Assembly (NCBI GenBank): GCA_951804945.1 | Contig: OX638150.1 | Span: forward strand, 41,168,001-41,232,000 | DNA from: Podarcis cretensis | Taxonomy: Eukaryota | Direction: 5' to 3' | DNA length: 64,000 nt | Shown here: positions 46,940-60,400 of the stretch, piece after piece | Layout: the number at the start of each line of letters is the position of its first letter | Numbering within the stretch: position 1 is the stretch's first letter | Notes under the pieces: model-generated | Told to the model about the DNA's origin: nothing | What the model saw: only the letters and a program-made list of their open reading frames with translations | Database searches by the model: none | Position numbers and translations under genes: made by a program

Positions 46940-49900
46940 CTAATGTTTTTCAAAGTTTTAATACATACATGTTCTACATATTTTCTTCCATCCATTCTTG
47001 TTGAATCCATATGAGCATCTTTCTGTCCCCAGTTACTGCAGAGCAGAGCAAATCCTTCTTTAAGGATTTTTCAATGCAGAACTGAGATTGGCTTTGCTTA
47101 AATTGTACGAGTAATAGCAGCTTCCTACTTTAGGGTTTGGTTGCTTACATCTCACTGTGTTTAAATCCCTTCCCCTCATAAGCTAGCTCATTCAACATCA
47201 CTGAACAAGGTGGTTCAGTGGATTAAATGTTGGACACCGGAAGCCCTTCGGCAAGTCACTACCTCTTGGCCCTCTTTCTCTATATCTGCAAAAAGCGGAT
47301 AACCCACAAGTGGATGTTCATGAATGAATGAGGTATGGAAAGTTCAATTGCAAGTTTAAATAATCAGTTTGCACTCTTGTGGCTGTTTTATAACAACTAT
47401 ATGATCTACTTGTGGAAGCCTTTTGCTTATCTTTTGTTGTTGATCAGGCAAGGCTCCCTTTTTGGACTCCTGCAGCGCTTGTCCTTAGCAGTTTGCACCA
47501 AAGGACTGAGGAAGTAGCTTAGGGTTGGTTGTTTAGGTTTCCTCTCAGTAACTTTATCTGAGCACTTTCTGTTCCTATCTACTTTCTCATGGATAATCTC
47601 CTTTCATTTTGTTGAACTCTTCCTGTAAAACAGTTTCTGCCGAATAGCACATGAGTAGTGGGCTATTTTCACATCATGCTATGCTTCAAGCTTCCTTCTG
47701 TGCATGTAAACCTATAAAGAGGATCATCATTTATTCAGCCACAGGTAATTCTCATGCACGCTTAACATACCAAAGAGAAAAGTGTGTGTAAGGAAGGAAG
47801 TAGGCTGAGAGGAAAGAGGCAACACTCTTCCCTTATTTTCTCTCTTAAATGAATTTGATAACCAAAGCTACTGAGGACTGTTGAAAATTACAAAATCAGG
47901 AAAGGGAGGAGAATATTTTGGCTCCAGTTTGTGGCTGATAATGTTCAAGACTGAATTATAAGGAGGAAAGAACTGGTAAAATCAGGCAGTGTAACTTGGT
48001 GTCAAGTCAGCCGCTGAGTTTTTTCTAAGCACCCATTCTTGCCAGGGTATGTATGTGTGTCTTTAGTGGGCATGATCTATCAGAGTGATTTAGCCAGAGA
48101 TGCATCTGCATTTTTGAAAAGGCTGTTTTTGCAGCAGCTAGCGATGAAGCTTTCTTTTGCACAAATAAGTGTGTTCTTTTCCACCTGCCATACCATTGGT
48201 AGAAGAGTATTGGAAGCTTCTTTAAAGGTTCTTGATAGCAGATTATCCAAATGCAGTTGATGAATGTTCACTGTCTGGAGCAGGAGATTTGGAGTCTGCA
48301 TTTCCCAGGGTCTAATCATCTCATAGGGCAGCTGAGTGTGACTCCTTCCCCAATAATCTACTTAACTCAGTAGTTTTCCCCTCCTGTTGCCTCACAAGGA
48401 GAAAGAGGCTCCTAGGCTGTTTGCATGATAAGTAGCTTCAGACTCTCCAAGCCTTTGAAGGGAAAGCTGAGAGTTAATTGTGGCAGCTTGAACTAATGGT
48501 TTCCTATGTTTACTGGTAGGTTAAGTGAGAAAGAGAGCTTGAAAAACACCCTTCATTTAAGTGCAGTAATGGGCCTTACAGCGAATTTCAAGAGACAACA
48601 TGTTAATAACTATTCTCTGTTCTGGGGGGAAGTGTTCGCCATGTTCTAAGGCTGATGGATTTGCAGGAAGGGTATGGATAAGTACATCAGGGTTTTCTCT
48701 TGGGGGAAATTAACTGGGAGATACTCTTGTTTAACTTTTTAAACATCTGCATAACCACTGTGGAGAGTTACCAGCAAGCTGAGTGACCTTTAGGTGGTAA
48801 TTGATCATGTCTCACGAAAGTCCAACTCACTGCATGTAAAAATGCCTACCTGTGTATGTAGGAGATACACATACCCACAGGACTCATTTTACAAGTAAAC
48901 CAAATATATGCTACTCCATAACTATTGTACAATGCTGTGCTTTAGGTTTGTGCTGTTCATTTAAGTTTAGAATCATGGTTAGAAGCACTGTATTTGCCAT
49001 CAAATGGTAAAATAATTCCTGGATTTTCATGCGAAAAACAGCCAAAGAAGTGTTAATATCTTCAGCAGATTTATTAGACTGCACATAATCACGATGTCTG
49101 AAAACTTTACATAGAACTTAAATGCTTAAAAATCATCCCAGTTTCCATGAACATTACAGGATGGTGCACCCTGGGCCACATCATAATATACAGAACTAAC
49201 ACTGGTTTGAGTTACTTAGGTATTCTGGAAACCAATTTAAGGTGAATTATTTCGAGACACTCCATTCAGGTGTGCAACATGAGCGTGGAGCAATTCTGGC
49301 AGTAGACTTGTAACAGCTGTTACAAGCTGTTAGGCAACTGCGATCAAATTTGCAAGTTTAAAGGAATGACGCAAGCAACTGCGGCTGAGTGTATCATTTG
49401 TATCCCTTTTTTTCTAATAAAATTGTGGTGTGTTCTTGGAGTACCAGATGTCTCTAAATTGCATTGTTACCCAGTTTATAGATCGGTGATTCCTTAACAT
49501 GGATTGATGATCTAGTAACAGGTCACAGGAGGCTTGTGGTGCTACCGCCAAAGTTTCAGCAATGAGCCTTGAAGAGAAGCACAGCAAAAGGTGCTAATGG
49601 GGCTTCACTTTAGAAAGTTAGGCATGTGTTGGTGGTTCTCCAGTAGGGCTGCAGGGGTGCGACACAGAGTAGGATATATTTGGTCTTAAGTCATCTACCT
49701 GTAAAATGAGTCAGAGAGGTGTGAGATCATACTCGTGCTGTGGGCTGGGAAGGGGTGACAGAGGGACTCCCATTTTTTGTTTTATGGTATGAGGACAAAA
49801 TGCCAGCAATGCCTGATGCAATTAAAACTTAATAAAGATAAGGTGCGAGCTCATATTGGCTAGATTGAGCTCTATGGCTCTTGAAGCCAAGTTGGCATGA

Positions 49901-50987
49901 TCTGTGCATTCTTTCAGCCCTGATGAAATGAAAAGTGAAGGAATGTTGCATGAAACAAATCAGTTTGGATACTTCAGCAAAATCTCACTTGTCTGCTTTG
50001 AGGGTGGAGGGGAATGCATCCCAGTCTGTTTGATTCTCATTGCCAAGTATTCAGTCAGAGATGCTGGAGTCCCTTGCCTCTCTTGCATTAGACTTGTGTT
50101 GGAACTGATGGACAAGGGTTCACCAATAGTCGCAGGACTGGAAAAGAAATGTATATCCTCCTAGCTATAGGATGGCTTGAGTTGCTTAAATGAGGATTTA
50201 GGAACATAAATACTGAAGGCACTTGTGTTCTCTTGTTTTGTATAATACCTTAGCTTCTGTCTTGAAGAGTGAATATGTATTATCAGGCAGAGCATAAACT
50301 CAAAGTGTGTGTGTTAGTGGAATTCTTAATATATTATTTAATATCTGCATTTCCCATGGGATGTGTGCATTAATCCATCACACAAAAATCTGTTTGCTTC
50401 ATAGGTTTGTTCTCTTCAGGATGAAAAATTATGTAGCTGGATTTTTTCATGCTTAATTTCTCAAAAACTGATTTATGATGGCAGTGGAGCTAAGAGTTTT
50501 TCATTTGTGATAACAGGGCTATGATGGAAATAGAGAATATGAGCCTGGGGACTGGGTAACCCATACTGAAATGTTTATTGCTGTCTTTGAAATGCAACAT
50601 ATTAGGATGAAGATGTGTCTTGGTAAAAGAGAACAGAGCAGTACCAGGCCTAGGGGATATTTTTAGTCTTCCAATAACTGAATGCATTAAAGAGAAATCA
50701 CTTTCATTGTCATACTGTGATCAAGAATGCAGAAGTATTCCAGGAACCACAAGGCCCATAAGGATCTAATATTTTCAATATACCCTTCTATTCGGGTATA
50801 GACCTTTTTTGCATTAACATGGAAAAAAAACCCAGCCAGTGTATTTCTCCCAAAATATCCTTTCTTTTTGTTGTGCTGATGTAGTCGCCTGAGTCAGGGC
50901 TCACTTTTTCTTTTGCTGGAATGTCTACATGCCTGCTCGTATGTTGTGCATGAAGAAGACAATAATTCTAGAGAAAATGTCTATTCT

Positions 50988-51323
50988 GTAAAAGGTAAGG
51001 GGACCCCTGACGGTTAGGTCCAGTCGCGGACAACACTGGGGTTGCGGCGCTCATCTCGCTTTACTGGCAGAGGGAGCCGGCATACAGCTTCCAGGTCATG
51101 TGGCCAGCATGACTAAGCCATTTCTGGCGAACCAGAGCAGTGCACAGAAACACAGTTTCCCTTCCCGCCAGAGCGGTCCTATTTATCTGCTTGCGCTGCG
51201 TGCTTTCGAACTGCTAGGTTGGCAGGAGCTGGGACCTAACAACGGGAGCTCACCCCGTCGCGGGGATTCGAACTGCCAACCTTCTGATCGGCAAGCCCTA
51301 GGCGCAGTGGTTTAACCCACAGC
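50988..51323 (-). mobile_element. Sauria SINE, near full length
   Basis: Tail aaaggtaaggggacccctg; body ggtcatgtggccagcatgactaagcc; tRNA-like head ggggattcgaac...gtggtttaacccacagc. Confidence 0.92.
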
Positions 51324-52059
51324 TTATGCTACATTTGTGGGTGGGTGGTTTTTTTGTTGGTGTGTGTGGGGGGAATAGAGACCAGGTTGCAGTAGCTTGG
51401 TTGAGAGCATGCTCAAGTGGCTGTTGCTGAACTCACAACTGGAGGTACTCACTGTTCCAATCTGAGCAATTGTTGTGGCTCAGGAAAGGGCTTCCATGAC
51501 GACAAAATCATGGTACAGTCCCAGTGTGAGGGTTCTAGTTAATACAAGCAGCACTTGCATCTCAGTGCTTCCTGGCTGCTATCTCAGCATGCTTCTGCAT
51601 TATTGAAGGTAGGGAGGTAACCAAACTGTGCATTTCTTTAGTTATTGTCTTATCTTACTATAGAATGTTTTTGTAAGAAAAAGGTAATTATGCTGCAGCA
51701 GTTTGCCTCTTGGCGGCCATGTGAACTGCAGCACAGCGAGAGCAGGTGGAATGAGTGAGAAAATCGTCGCAGTGAGCAAACGAGCAGGCAGCTGAGTGGC
51801 CCAAGTGGTCTTTCCCTGCTCCCCTGTCACTGCCACCACCCACCTGCTTGCTTGTTAGCTCATTCACATGCACAAGCAACAAGCTGAGGAAAGCCCAGGG
51901 TCCTAGCGGGGAACCTGGCTGAGCGAATGAGCAGGCGAGCCATCAGGCCTTCATGTGCTTCCTGTTGCTGCAGCCCTTTGTCTGATATCACTGTCAAAAG
52001 GCACACTTCCTCCTCTTCATTCCTCTGTGAGGGGGGGCCAAGGAGGAAATGAGATTGTC

Positions 52060-52240
52060 TTAGAATTGTAGAGTTGGAAGGGATCCCTGAGGATCCTCTA
52101 GTCCAACCCCTTGCAATGCAGGAATCTCAACTAAAGCATCCATGACTGGTGGCCATTCAACCTCTGCTTAAAAACCTCCAAGGAAGGAGAGTTCACCACC
52201 TTCCAAGAGACTCTTCCTGATGTTTAGCTGGAATCTTTTG
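52060..52240 (-). mobile_element. CR1 LINE 3' end
   Basis: tagaattgtagagttggaagggatcc...ctagtccaacccc...aacctctgcttaaaaacctcc. Confidence 0.85.
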
Positions 52241-53441
52241 AAGATGGAAACAACATTTGCTTATCTCGAGTCCACAAGGACTGTTCTCCAAGAATTCTCA
52301 AATATTGTAGACAGAGGCTCTGAGATTACACTTTTGGTCAACTAATATCCTTATTTGCTCACAGCTTCCCCCATTTCATAGCCAGCAGTGGGAGCTCCTA
52401 GTGTTTTTGGAGCTGCAGACTGTGGGCTATAGGCATTTGAAATTACTCTTTCCCCACAACGCTATACAGAGGCAGTTTGTATCCTGTGAGTAACTTTTTT
52501 GCTTATGCTTTTTATTCATATGTTTGTCACTGAATCATGTCTGTTGTCTCTGTTTAGTTTCATTTTATTTTCAAGCTAACAGGGCTCTATCAAGTAGTAG
52601 TTATGAACCCACCTGAGTGTTTGTAAGGGTAGAGGTATGATTGGAAATACCATAGAGAGACAAAGTAATATCTTTTGACTGGACCACTACATGAAATGGA
52701 AATGTTTCAAAATATGCTCAAAGCAAGCAATCCTCTGATTGGAAAGGTTTGCTCTAAATGGAGGGTTTGAAGCAACTCTTCTTTCTGGAAAGAAAATAGG
52801 CCGTCTTTGAAATTCCACTTGGAAATAGCGATGCATATTATCTGGCATTGATTTCTCTTTTAGAAAAGTAGCAACAGATTATATATATATATGATGGAAC
52901 CAGAAATGGAGGTCTAACAATGATAGATGAAGGGAAACACTTATCTCATTTCCTCTCATTCAGTTGGGTTATGCATGTGGTTTGGGACCATAAACTCTAG
53001 GGATTATTTCATCATAGAAACAATAAACATTTTGGACTGAAAACTCACTACACACTTTTTCTGACTGAGTTTGACATGCAGGAATTCTCATGGACTTCTG
53101 CTTTTTATTTTCTCTTCTTCTCATTGCTTTGCCAGCCAGTCTCAGTGAAAAAGAAAAGAGTGTTTCTTACCAACTGTTGGATTGGGCTGTGAAGATTTTG
53201 AAACTGTTGTATCTGCACACATTTATTTCTGATTGGCATTCCTGTAGAGTGATTATAGCTTTAATCATTTTTAATCTTTCATACTGGAATGGTGATCATA
53301 AATAAATGCATAAAACAATCTCAGGTGTTTCCGTGATTAAAGGATGCAGCTTGCCTTGTTTGATCTTGGAGGAGCTGTTGGGGTCAATGGTTCATACAGT
53401 AAAGTTGATGGTGGCCTTGGAGGAAGATGTTATTAAATCAA

Positions 53442-54766
53442 TCAATCAATCAATCAAACCTTTATTGCATTAGCATACAGCCATAGCAGGATAAAACAAA
53501 ATGCTATAGACAAGCAACCAAACAAAATTCAAAGCGATATTACTGGGGTTATGACATTTAAAATTACCCTAAGACAATAATGTATAGATTTAGTTACCGG
53601 GGCCGGGAAACTAGAACGCGGATGTATATAAAGCATAAAATGGCCCCAAAATAGGCTCGGCACATTAGGTTAAAATGGTAATGAAAGAATTAAAACAGGT
53701 CCAGGTCTAGGACACACTACCCGGTCAGAATAGACCTGAGTTTCAAGGCCTGCACTATAAAGATTGCCACCCCACGTGAAACTTGGGGATTTGCGTCCAC
53801 AAGAAGCGATTTCAAACAGTCTTCCTTAGATGTAATGGTGGACGGGATCAAGCGGAGGAGCTTAGATCTTATTAGGTCATAAATAGGGCAGTAGAAAAAG
53901 AAATGTATGAAGTCCTCTCCTTCATTCATTGTGCATGGACATAGACGCTGAGTAATAGGGGTCTTAGAATAAATCCCCTGCAAGAAGGCCGTGGGTATAG
54001 AATGGAAACGGGCCATGGTGAACGCTCTTCTCAAATTGGGCTCCGTCAGGTCTATCAAGTAGTTGGCAAGTGATCTTACCACTTTCACTTTAGGGAGCCA
54101 CATGGAGAGGCGAGCTGTGGTGGACTGTGCCCGGTCCATGGCCTCGTCTCTTGTAAGAATCCAGGCCCGGATTTTAAGTTGGTCCCAAGCTGACAGCGTG
54201 TCAAGATCTGGGAGGGAGTAGTGTGCAGTAATAGTCTCCATGGCCTTGGACTATTTATTGCTGTGAGAACAAGTTAAAAAGGCTTGCCTGGCTAAAAGGG
54301 AACCTGGGGATTTGATTAATTTACAATAAAAACTAATAATTCTAATGTGGGCTCTCGCAACAATGGAGGGGAGGCCCAGTTCTGTTCTTAACTGTGCAGC
54401 AACCGAGCCCTTGGGGAGACCCAGTAACTTTCGTGCAAAAGAGTTTTGAAGAATCTCTAGCCGTTGTAGTGTTTTTAAATTCCACCCCCAGATTTCAACC
54501 CCATACAGTAGCATCGGGAGGACTTTGCTGATAAATGCTTTTCTGATTGGTGGAACCAACTGGCCGCCTTTTGCATAGAATTTCTCCAAGGCTTTGATGG
54601 TTCTACGGGCAGCCAGGATGGACATATTTAGGTGAGCTGACCAGCTAAGCCCATGCTGAAAAGTGATACCCAAATACTTGAATGCTGAACAATATTCAAT
54701 AGAGTGGCCCTCAAAGTTCCATAATGGCTTCCGAGTTTTCATGCCAAAAGTAAGAATTTTGGTTAT
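53442..54766 (-). mobile_element. RTE-X-like LINE, 5'-truncated and relatively young
   Basis: ORFs 54251-54742 and 53717-54241 are in one frame split by a single stop. Motifs FKYLGITF, LLYGVEIWG, LRTELGL and C-terminal RLCPC...EDFIHFFFYCPIY. AATAAA then a (TGAT)n tail; duplication tgttattaaatcaa at 53428-53441 / 54767-54780. Confidence 0.85.
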
Positions 54767-55083
54767 TGTTATTAAATCAAAGGTGCAGGTTGTAATCCTT
54801 CTGGGCAGACTCTGTCTTGCCCTTGGGATGTCTACAGTGCCTAGAAGAATGGCAGTTTTAAAATGTGCACAGGCGTTGATTTAGCACCAAGAACTGTTGT
54901 TTACAATACAGCCTGAGTTGGAAACTGCAGCTATTTTATCAAAGTATTATAAATCACTTAAAGCATTTTAAATCAGTTAAAATATGGATAAAAATGGAAG
55001 ACAAATTGCACTTCAGACCTGAGCAACATATTGCACTTATGTGACACTAGAAATTAGACCAGAACTGGTAATTCATACAGGTT

Positions 55084-55446
55084 AGGGAGTGGGTGGCGCT
55101 GTGGTCTAAACCACTGAGCCTCTTGGGCTTGCTGATCAGAAGGTCAGTGGTTCGAATACACATAACAGGGTGAGCTCCCCTTGCTTTGTCCCAGCTTCTG
55201 CCAACCTCGCAGTTCGAAAGCATACCAGTGCAAGTAGATAAATAGGTACTGCTGTGGCGGGGAGGTAAATGGCGTTTCCATGTACTCTGGCTTCCATCAT
55301 GGTGTTCCATTGCGCCAGAAGCGGTTTAGTCATGCTGGCCACATGACCCGGAAAGCTGTCTGTGGACAAACACCGGCTCCTTTGGCCTGAAGCGAGATGA
55401 GCGCCGCACCCCATAGTCAACTGTCCAGGGGTCCTTTACCTACCTG
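55084..55446 (+). mobile_element. Sauria SINE, full length
   Basis: A box gtggcgctgtgg, B box ggttcgaata, tail cctttacct; duplication tcatacaggtt / tcatataggtt (55073 / 55447). Confidence 0.93.
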
Positions 55447-57051
55447 TCATATAGGTTCTTGAGATTTTTTGGAGGTGCTCAGGCCCAGTCACTAATTGAA
55501 ACCCCACATTATAATTTTATATGGTTCAGAAACATAAAATTGCCAAAAAGAGAAATGAATTAAAAAACTGTGTTGCACAACATCTGCCTTTGTTTAGCTA
55601 ATGGCAGGCAGAATTGTAGCAAGAGCGTCTGTCTCTGACTCGGCGCTTGTTAGTTGACAACTGTTGCAAATTTCATTTTTAGTTCCCGCTGGCATCCACA
55701 GGAGACACAGAAAATGTATCGGTAGCTTACACAAATAGTTTTTATCTTCCAACTTTTAAATCTGGAGAAACATTAACTTCACTTATGCCTTGCATGGTGT
55801 GTTAATTTTGGCAAAGCCCTTTATGCTAGGTGGGATTTTATAGCAGTGCTACTTTCCAGAACAATCCAGATATTTACATTAAAAACATGTTGCTTATAAA
55901 TAAGCATTTACTTATTTACTATTTTATTTAGTTCTTGTGGTATGGATCCTTTAACGAAATATTGCTGCTAGGTTTCCATAATTTGGTCAGTAATCAAGCA
56001 GTTCCATTAAACCTGCCTTTTTAAAAAAAATGATTTTTTTTCAGTATGTTATCATCATGTCTGGGGCTATTGTCCATCTGTGCATCACATTTACCATTTA
56101 TATACCGGTAATCACATCTTTTCAACTTCCAACTTCTGAAATTGAATGGTGCAAAGGGATGTGTTTCTTTTATCACAGATTTGACTCTCTGTTTGGTGCC
56201 AAACTTGTTCTAGGAAGCCTAGGCAATTATACATTTTCTCAGGCTTCCTGGATAGTTTTTGTAGGTTGCTATTTCTCAGCCTCAGTGCCCCATGTGTAAA
56301 GTGTAAGTGACCAACTTGGAACCTCTGTCATATAAGCCTAGTGGGAATTGTAAAGGGAAATTTGGAAGAGAATGTTGACTGGTTTGAATTATAGCTGTCA
56401 ACTTTTCCCTTTTCTTGCAAAGAATCCTATTCGAAATAAGGGAATTTCCCTTAAAAAAAGGGAAACGTTGACAGCTATGGTTTGAATACGACTGGATTCT
56501 TCGGTGAATTTTAACCTGGGGTCTTTTGGAGACAATTGAATAAGGAAAAGCCTGTTCCTTCCTTGAGATTTGGGAATTGGGCTAACAGCCAATCCAATAA
56601 GCTTACATACAGACCCTCACCATTGGATGAGACTTTCTGAGTCTTCAGCAACCACTCGCCTAAGCCTGCTCTTGATAACAAAAGCGGATTAAAGAGTTAA
56701 CATTGTTTCCCAAGCTGTAACATTTAAAAAGGAGGTCAAAAGTAACAATGGGTCAGTTTCCCTGGTGCAGGAGGCCACATGTACACTTGAAATGTTTGCA
56801 CTGACACATCACTCAGGTGAAAGAGCCGGGCTGCCACAAAGTAATACAAGACCAATTCCCTAGAGAGGCAGGTGAGGGTATTTACAAATAAGCTACCTTG
56901 AGGGTGTGGAATATTGACTTAAGTGACTGCAAAAGTGATCACTTACCCAACAGGAAAATGTCAGGGAAAGGGCGAGTGCATAGGGGAAGTGTCTCTTTAA
57001 CAGCAACAGCAGACCGGTTTTGGTTAGATTTATGCATTCATCTTCTAGTTC

Positions 57052-57170
57052 AGTGTTGCTAAACTGGTGCTTTCCAGATGTTTTGGACTGCAACTCCATC
57101 ATCCCTGACCATGAGCTGTTGTGGCTGGGGCTGCTGGGAGCTCCAAAACATCTGCAGGGCCATATTGGCT
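57052..57170. mobile_element. hAT-type MITE (decayed)
   Basis: ccagatgttttggactgcaactcc ... ccaaaacatctg inverted pair. Confidence 0.65.
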
Positions 57171-58049
57171 CTCTGTGTCTTACAGTTTGTTCTCTGATGT
57201 CTGGACACTCTGTTAATTAATTGGAGCTTCAACAGGAAAATGAAAAAGAATAACATGGAACTGCAGTTCTCTGGTTGCAGCCAATCTTCGCTCTCAAAAA
57301 GTGGTGACATTTTGCATAGCAAGAGCAACTTGCCTGGGCATCTTTATCACCCATTCCCAAGGTGTTGAAAAAGCACCAAGAGAACTGCTCACTAACTTGG
57401 CAAGACTCTGGCACTTGGAAGCCCTGCAAGGCAGGAGACAGTGCCCATCATTGTGCAGTCCTTCTGTAATGTATGTGAGTGAGTAAAACAGACCCGAGTG
57501 ACTCATTTCAGGGGTACATTTCTGTTTACATTTGCCATGCACGATTTTGCATATTTTCTTTGGAGGCCTAATTTCAGTCATCTTGAAAGTAACTACTTCC
57601 CTTTTTTGAGGCATAGATCTCAAATTTGTTCTTTTCCATCCAGCTATACTAGTCTGGCTTTCCCTCCAGATTTCAATCTCAGCCCCCCCCTTCCTTTTCA
57701 TCTTCCTCTTATATTTTAACAATTCTACCTCTCATGCTATTTGAGGGAGTTTCCCTAGAAATATTATGTATCACAAATTTCTATCTGTGATCTTGATCTG
57801 CTTTCATTCTCTAAGAATCTTGTATCTTTTGACTACTGATTTTAAATGAACGCATAGAATCTAGCAATGAAAATGTAACGGATTTTTAAAAAGCACAGAG
57901 AAACATAGCAGAAAACTGAAGTATAAATATTCATTGTTTTCCTCCTCTTGTGCAAAGACTGTGCCTTTAGCTATGTCGCAGAGAAATGTACATCCTATCT
58001 TTCAACATAAGTAGTGCAATAAAGAACCAAGTTACATATGGCACAGGAC

Positions 58050-58185
58050 AGCCTTCACCATCCTGATGCAGTCCAGATGTTTTGGATTACAACTTTCATC
58101 AGCCCCAGTCTCATCTGGTTGTGCTGCCTGTTGCTGATGGGAGTTGTAGTCCAAAACATCTGGAGGGCACAAGGATAGTGAAGGG
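58050..58185. mobile_element. hAT-type MITE (decayed)
   Basis: tccagatgttttggattacaact ... agttgtagtccaaaacatctgga inverted pair. Confidence 0.7.
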
Positions 58186-58297
58186 TGGCATACGAAATGG
58201 CCATCACATCTCCAAATATTTTTAGTTTTCTTTTAAAGCTAAGACTTCCCAATTGGACCGGAACACCAGCTAAACATAAAAGTAGCCTTGTTGGGGT

Positions 58298-58410
58298 CAT
58301 AGAACTATAGAGTTGGAAGGAACTCTAGTGTCATCTAGTGAAACCCCCTGCAACGCAGACATCCTGTCCACAGCCGTCCCTGGGTGGGCTTGAACCGCCT
58401 ACCTTCTTGC
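58298..58410 (-). mobile_element. Short element with a CR1-like tail and tRNA-like head
   Basis: catagaactatagagttggaagg tail and gggcttgaacc B-box-like head on the minus strand. Confidence 0.55.
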
Positions 58411-58845
58411 TCAAACAGCATCTCTTTGTAAAATTAGCCATCAGGGAGGTGGGATGAGAATAGTAGTATCTCAGATGATAGAGTTATTTGAGATCAGAAG
58501 TTAAGTTCCAGAACTCATTTGTGTTTTGCTAATTACTGAAAATGTTCATATGTCATTTTTCATGTGCAAATCTCTTTTAAGCTTCTAATGTAATTTACAG
58601 TCATATTGGCTTCATTAGTGGAGATGAGCTTTGTTCCCATTTCAAACTAGGGCTGAGTGAGCGGCACTTGTGCAGAATCCACAAATGCCCCTTCTTGTAT
58701 TACGTCAGCTACATGGGAAGAAGCTTTTTTCTACATAGGAAGAACTATTTTATGATGTGAAGTTATTCTTCTAGAAACTTTAATTTTGTATTTGAGATTT
58801 ATAATAATTACAGAGATAATTAGGTTTTGTTTTCATTCCTTTCAG

Positions 58846-58913
58846 GGATGATGGTGGTGATCGTACTACTGCTGATTGCGATAGTCGTCGTTGCTGTGTG
58901 GCCCACAAAATAA
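58846..58913 (+). CDS. STX8: Syntaxin-8 last coding exon (transmembrane tail anchor and stop)
   Basis: ttttcattcctttcag acceptor; in frame (G)MMVVIVLLLIAIVVVAVWPTK then TAA at 58911-58913; hydrophobic tail anchor typical of SNAREs. Confidence 0.97.
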
Positions 58914-59740
58914 CCAATGGAGCTATTACTTTGGAGCCATAGCACTCTGAGGCAAGGAAAATTTGATCTCATTACTGACACTTTCTGTGGACTTGGCTGT
59001 ATTTGACTTGTTCTCAGTGCATTGGCAGAAGCACGGCTGGTAGAGAAATTCATTTTGCAAAAATCTCTGTCCAGTAGGACTTGATATTTTTGAGAATGTT
59101 ACTGGTAGGAGGCGAATCTCCTAACAAACATCAAAGCATAAATGCAGTTAATTCCAATTCCACCTGTCTCTGCTAGGTGGGATCTATAGTTAATCTCTAG
59201 AATGCCAAGCTAAGATATTGGAGTTTTCATTCTAACATTATCTTTGAAGCTGAAATTAATACATCTTGGTTTTGAATGTCAGGGCAGTGGATCTGGTTCA
59301 GGCAAACTGCTGCTCTGATCCATGTTCTGTTGCACATGGATATTTGCACAAACCTTTCAGATGCACATAAATCCTGGATAATCTTTGGCTTGAGACAGAA
59401 CAGTTACTGCTGTTACATTTATATAGACAGGGGCAAATTGGTATTGTTTGGAAAATCAGATGATATTTCTATCCTTAAATGCAAACACTAACACATTATG
59501 CTGTGCTGTGTAGTTTTCCTCCTAACTACATTAATAGCAGGGAAGAAACATGATTACCTGAAGCTCCAAAATCTATATTTTACATGAGAAATTAAAATAG
59601 ATGAGAGTAGCAATACAAAAAGTCACTAATGTTTGCTCACCTCCAGAAATCATTATTTTGCTACATATGTGCCAACTTGATTGATCAATTTACTACAATA
59701 ACAAGACAGAATAAAACACTTAATTTCTGTATTACGCTTT
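58914..59740 (+). other. STX8: Probable STX8 3' UTR (end approximate)
   Basis: Follows the stop codon, has no recognisable repeats and ends near the AATAAA at 59710. Confidence 0.6.
59710..59715 (+). terminator. Candidate STX8 polyadenylation signal AATAAA
   Basis: AATAAA followed 40-85 nt later by a long T/GT-rich tract (59756-59800). An ATTAAA variant lies at 59591. Confidence 0.6.
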
Positions 59741-60247
59741 GGGCACATCATTATTTCATTTTCTGCCCTTCTTTTCTTTTCTTTGTTTTGTTTTCCTGTG
59801 GGTCAGGGAAGTTTGAAATCTAAAGAACTTTAAACACTGCCTCTGGCTGTCAACCCACCTAAGCTCTGATACTTGTTGACTGCATGAATTTTGGGAAATG
59901 GTTCTATGAGAACAGTAGATTTTTAAAGAAAGCTGCATTAGGACGTGTGTGCCCACATCCAAGACAATGCAGGAAGCAGCTGTGCAAATCCTTTTATAAT
60001 CAATACTTCAGTCTCCAGAGCATGTTGTTTTAGCCATGCTACAGTAAATAGTGAACCTCTAATCCACTGTTGGGAATGGGTGGTATACTGCAAAGATGAG
60101 AAATCCTAGATCAAAAAGATATCCACTGGAAGGAGATGGGTGCATGTGCAATCATTACCCCTTTTGTTAAAGACTCCATAGAGGTGGTTGGTTCTAGAGC
60201 TGCTCACCATATGGATGTTCCCTTACAATAGCCCAAAACAACGTGGG

Positions 60248-60400
60248 AACATGGGAAGCTGCCTTCTACTGAGTCAAACCATTGGTCTATCTGGTTCAGT
60301 ATTGGCAGCAGCTCTCCAGGCAGGGGACATTGTCAGTCCTACCTGGAGAGGTTAGGGGTTGAACCTTGGACTTTCTGCTTGCAACGCTCTTATCACAGAG
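60248..60400 (-). mobile_element. Squam3-like SINE
   Basis: ggaagctgccttctactgagtcaaaccattggtc tail; ggggttgaaccttggac B-box-like head. Confidence 0.65.

Noticed and set aside
55084-55170. tRNA gene
   Set aside because: The A and B boxes belong to a Sauria SINE head; there is no cloverleaf.
58820-59053. Minus-strand 77-aa ORF over the last exon
   Set aside because: It is an antisense shadow of the STX8 transmembrane exon.
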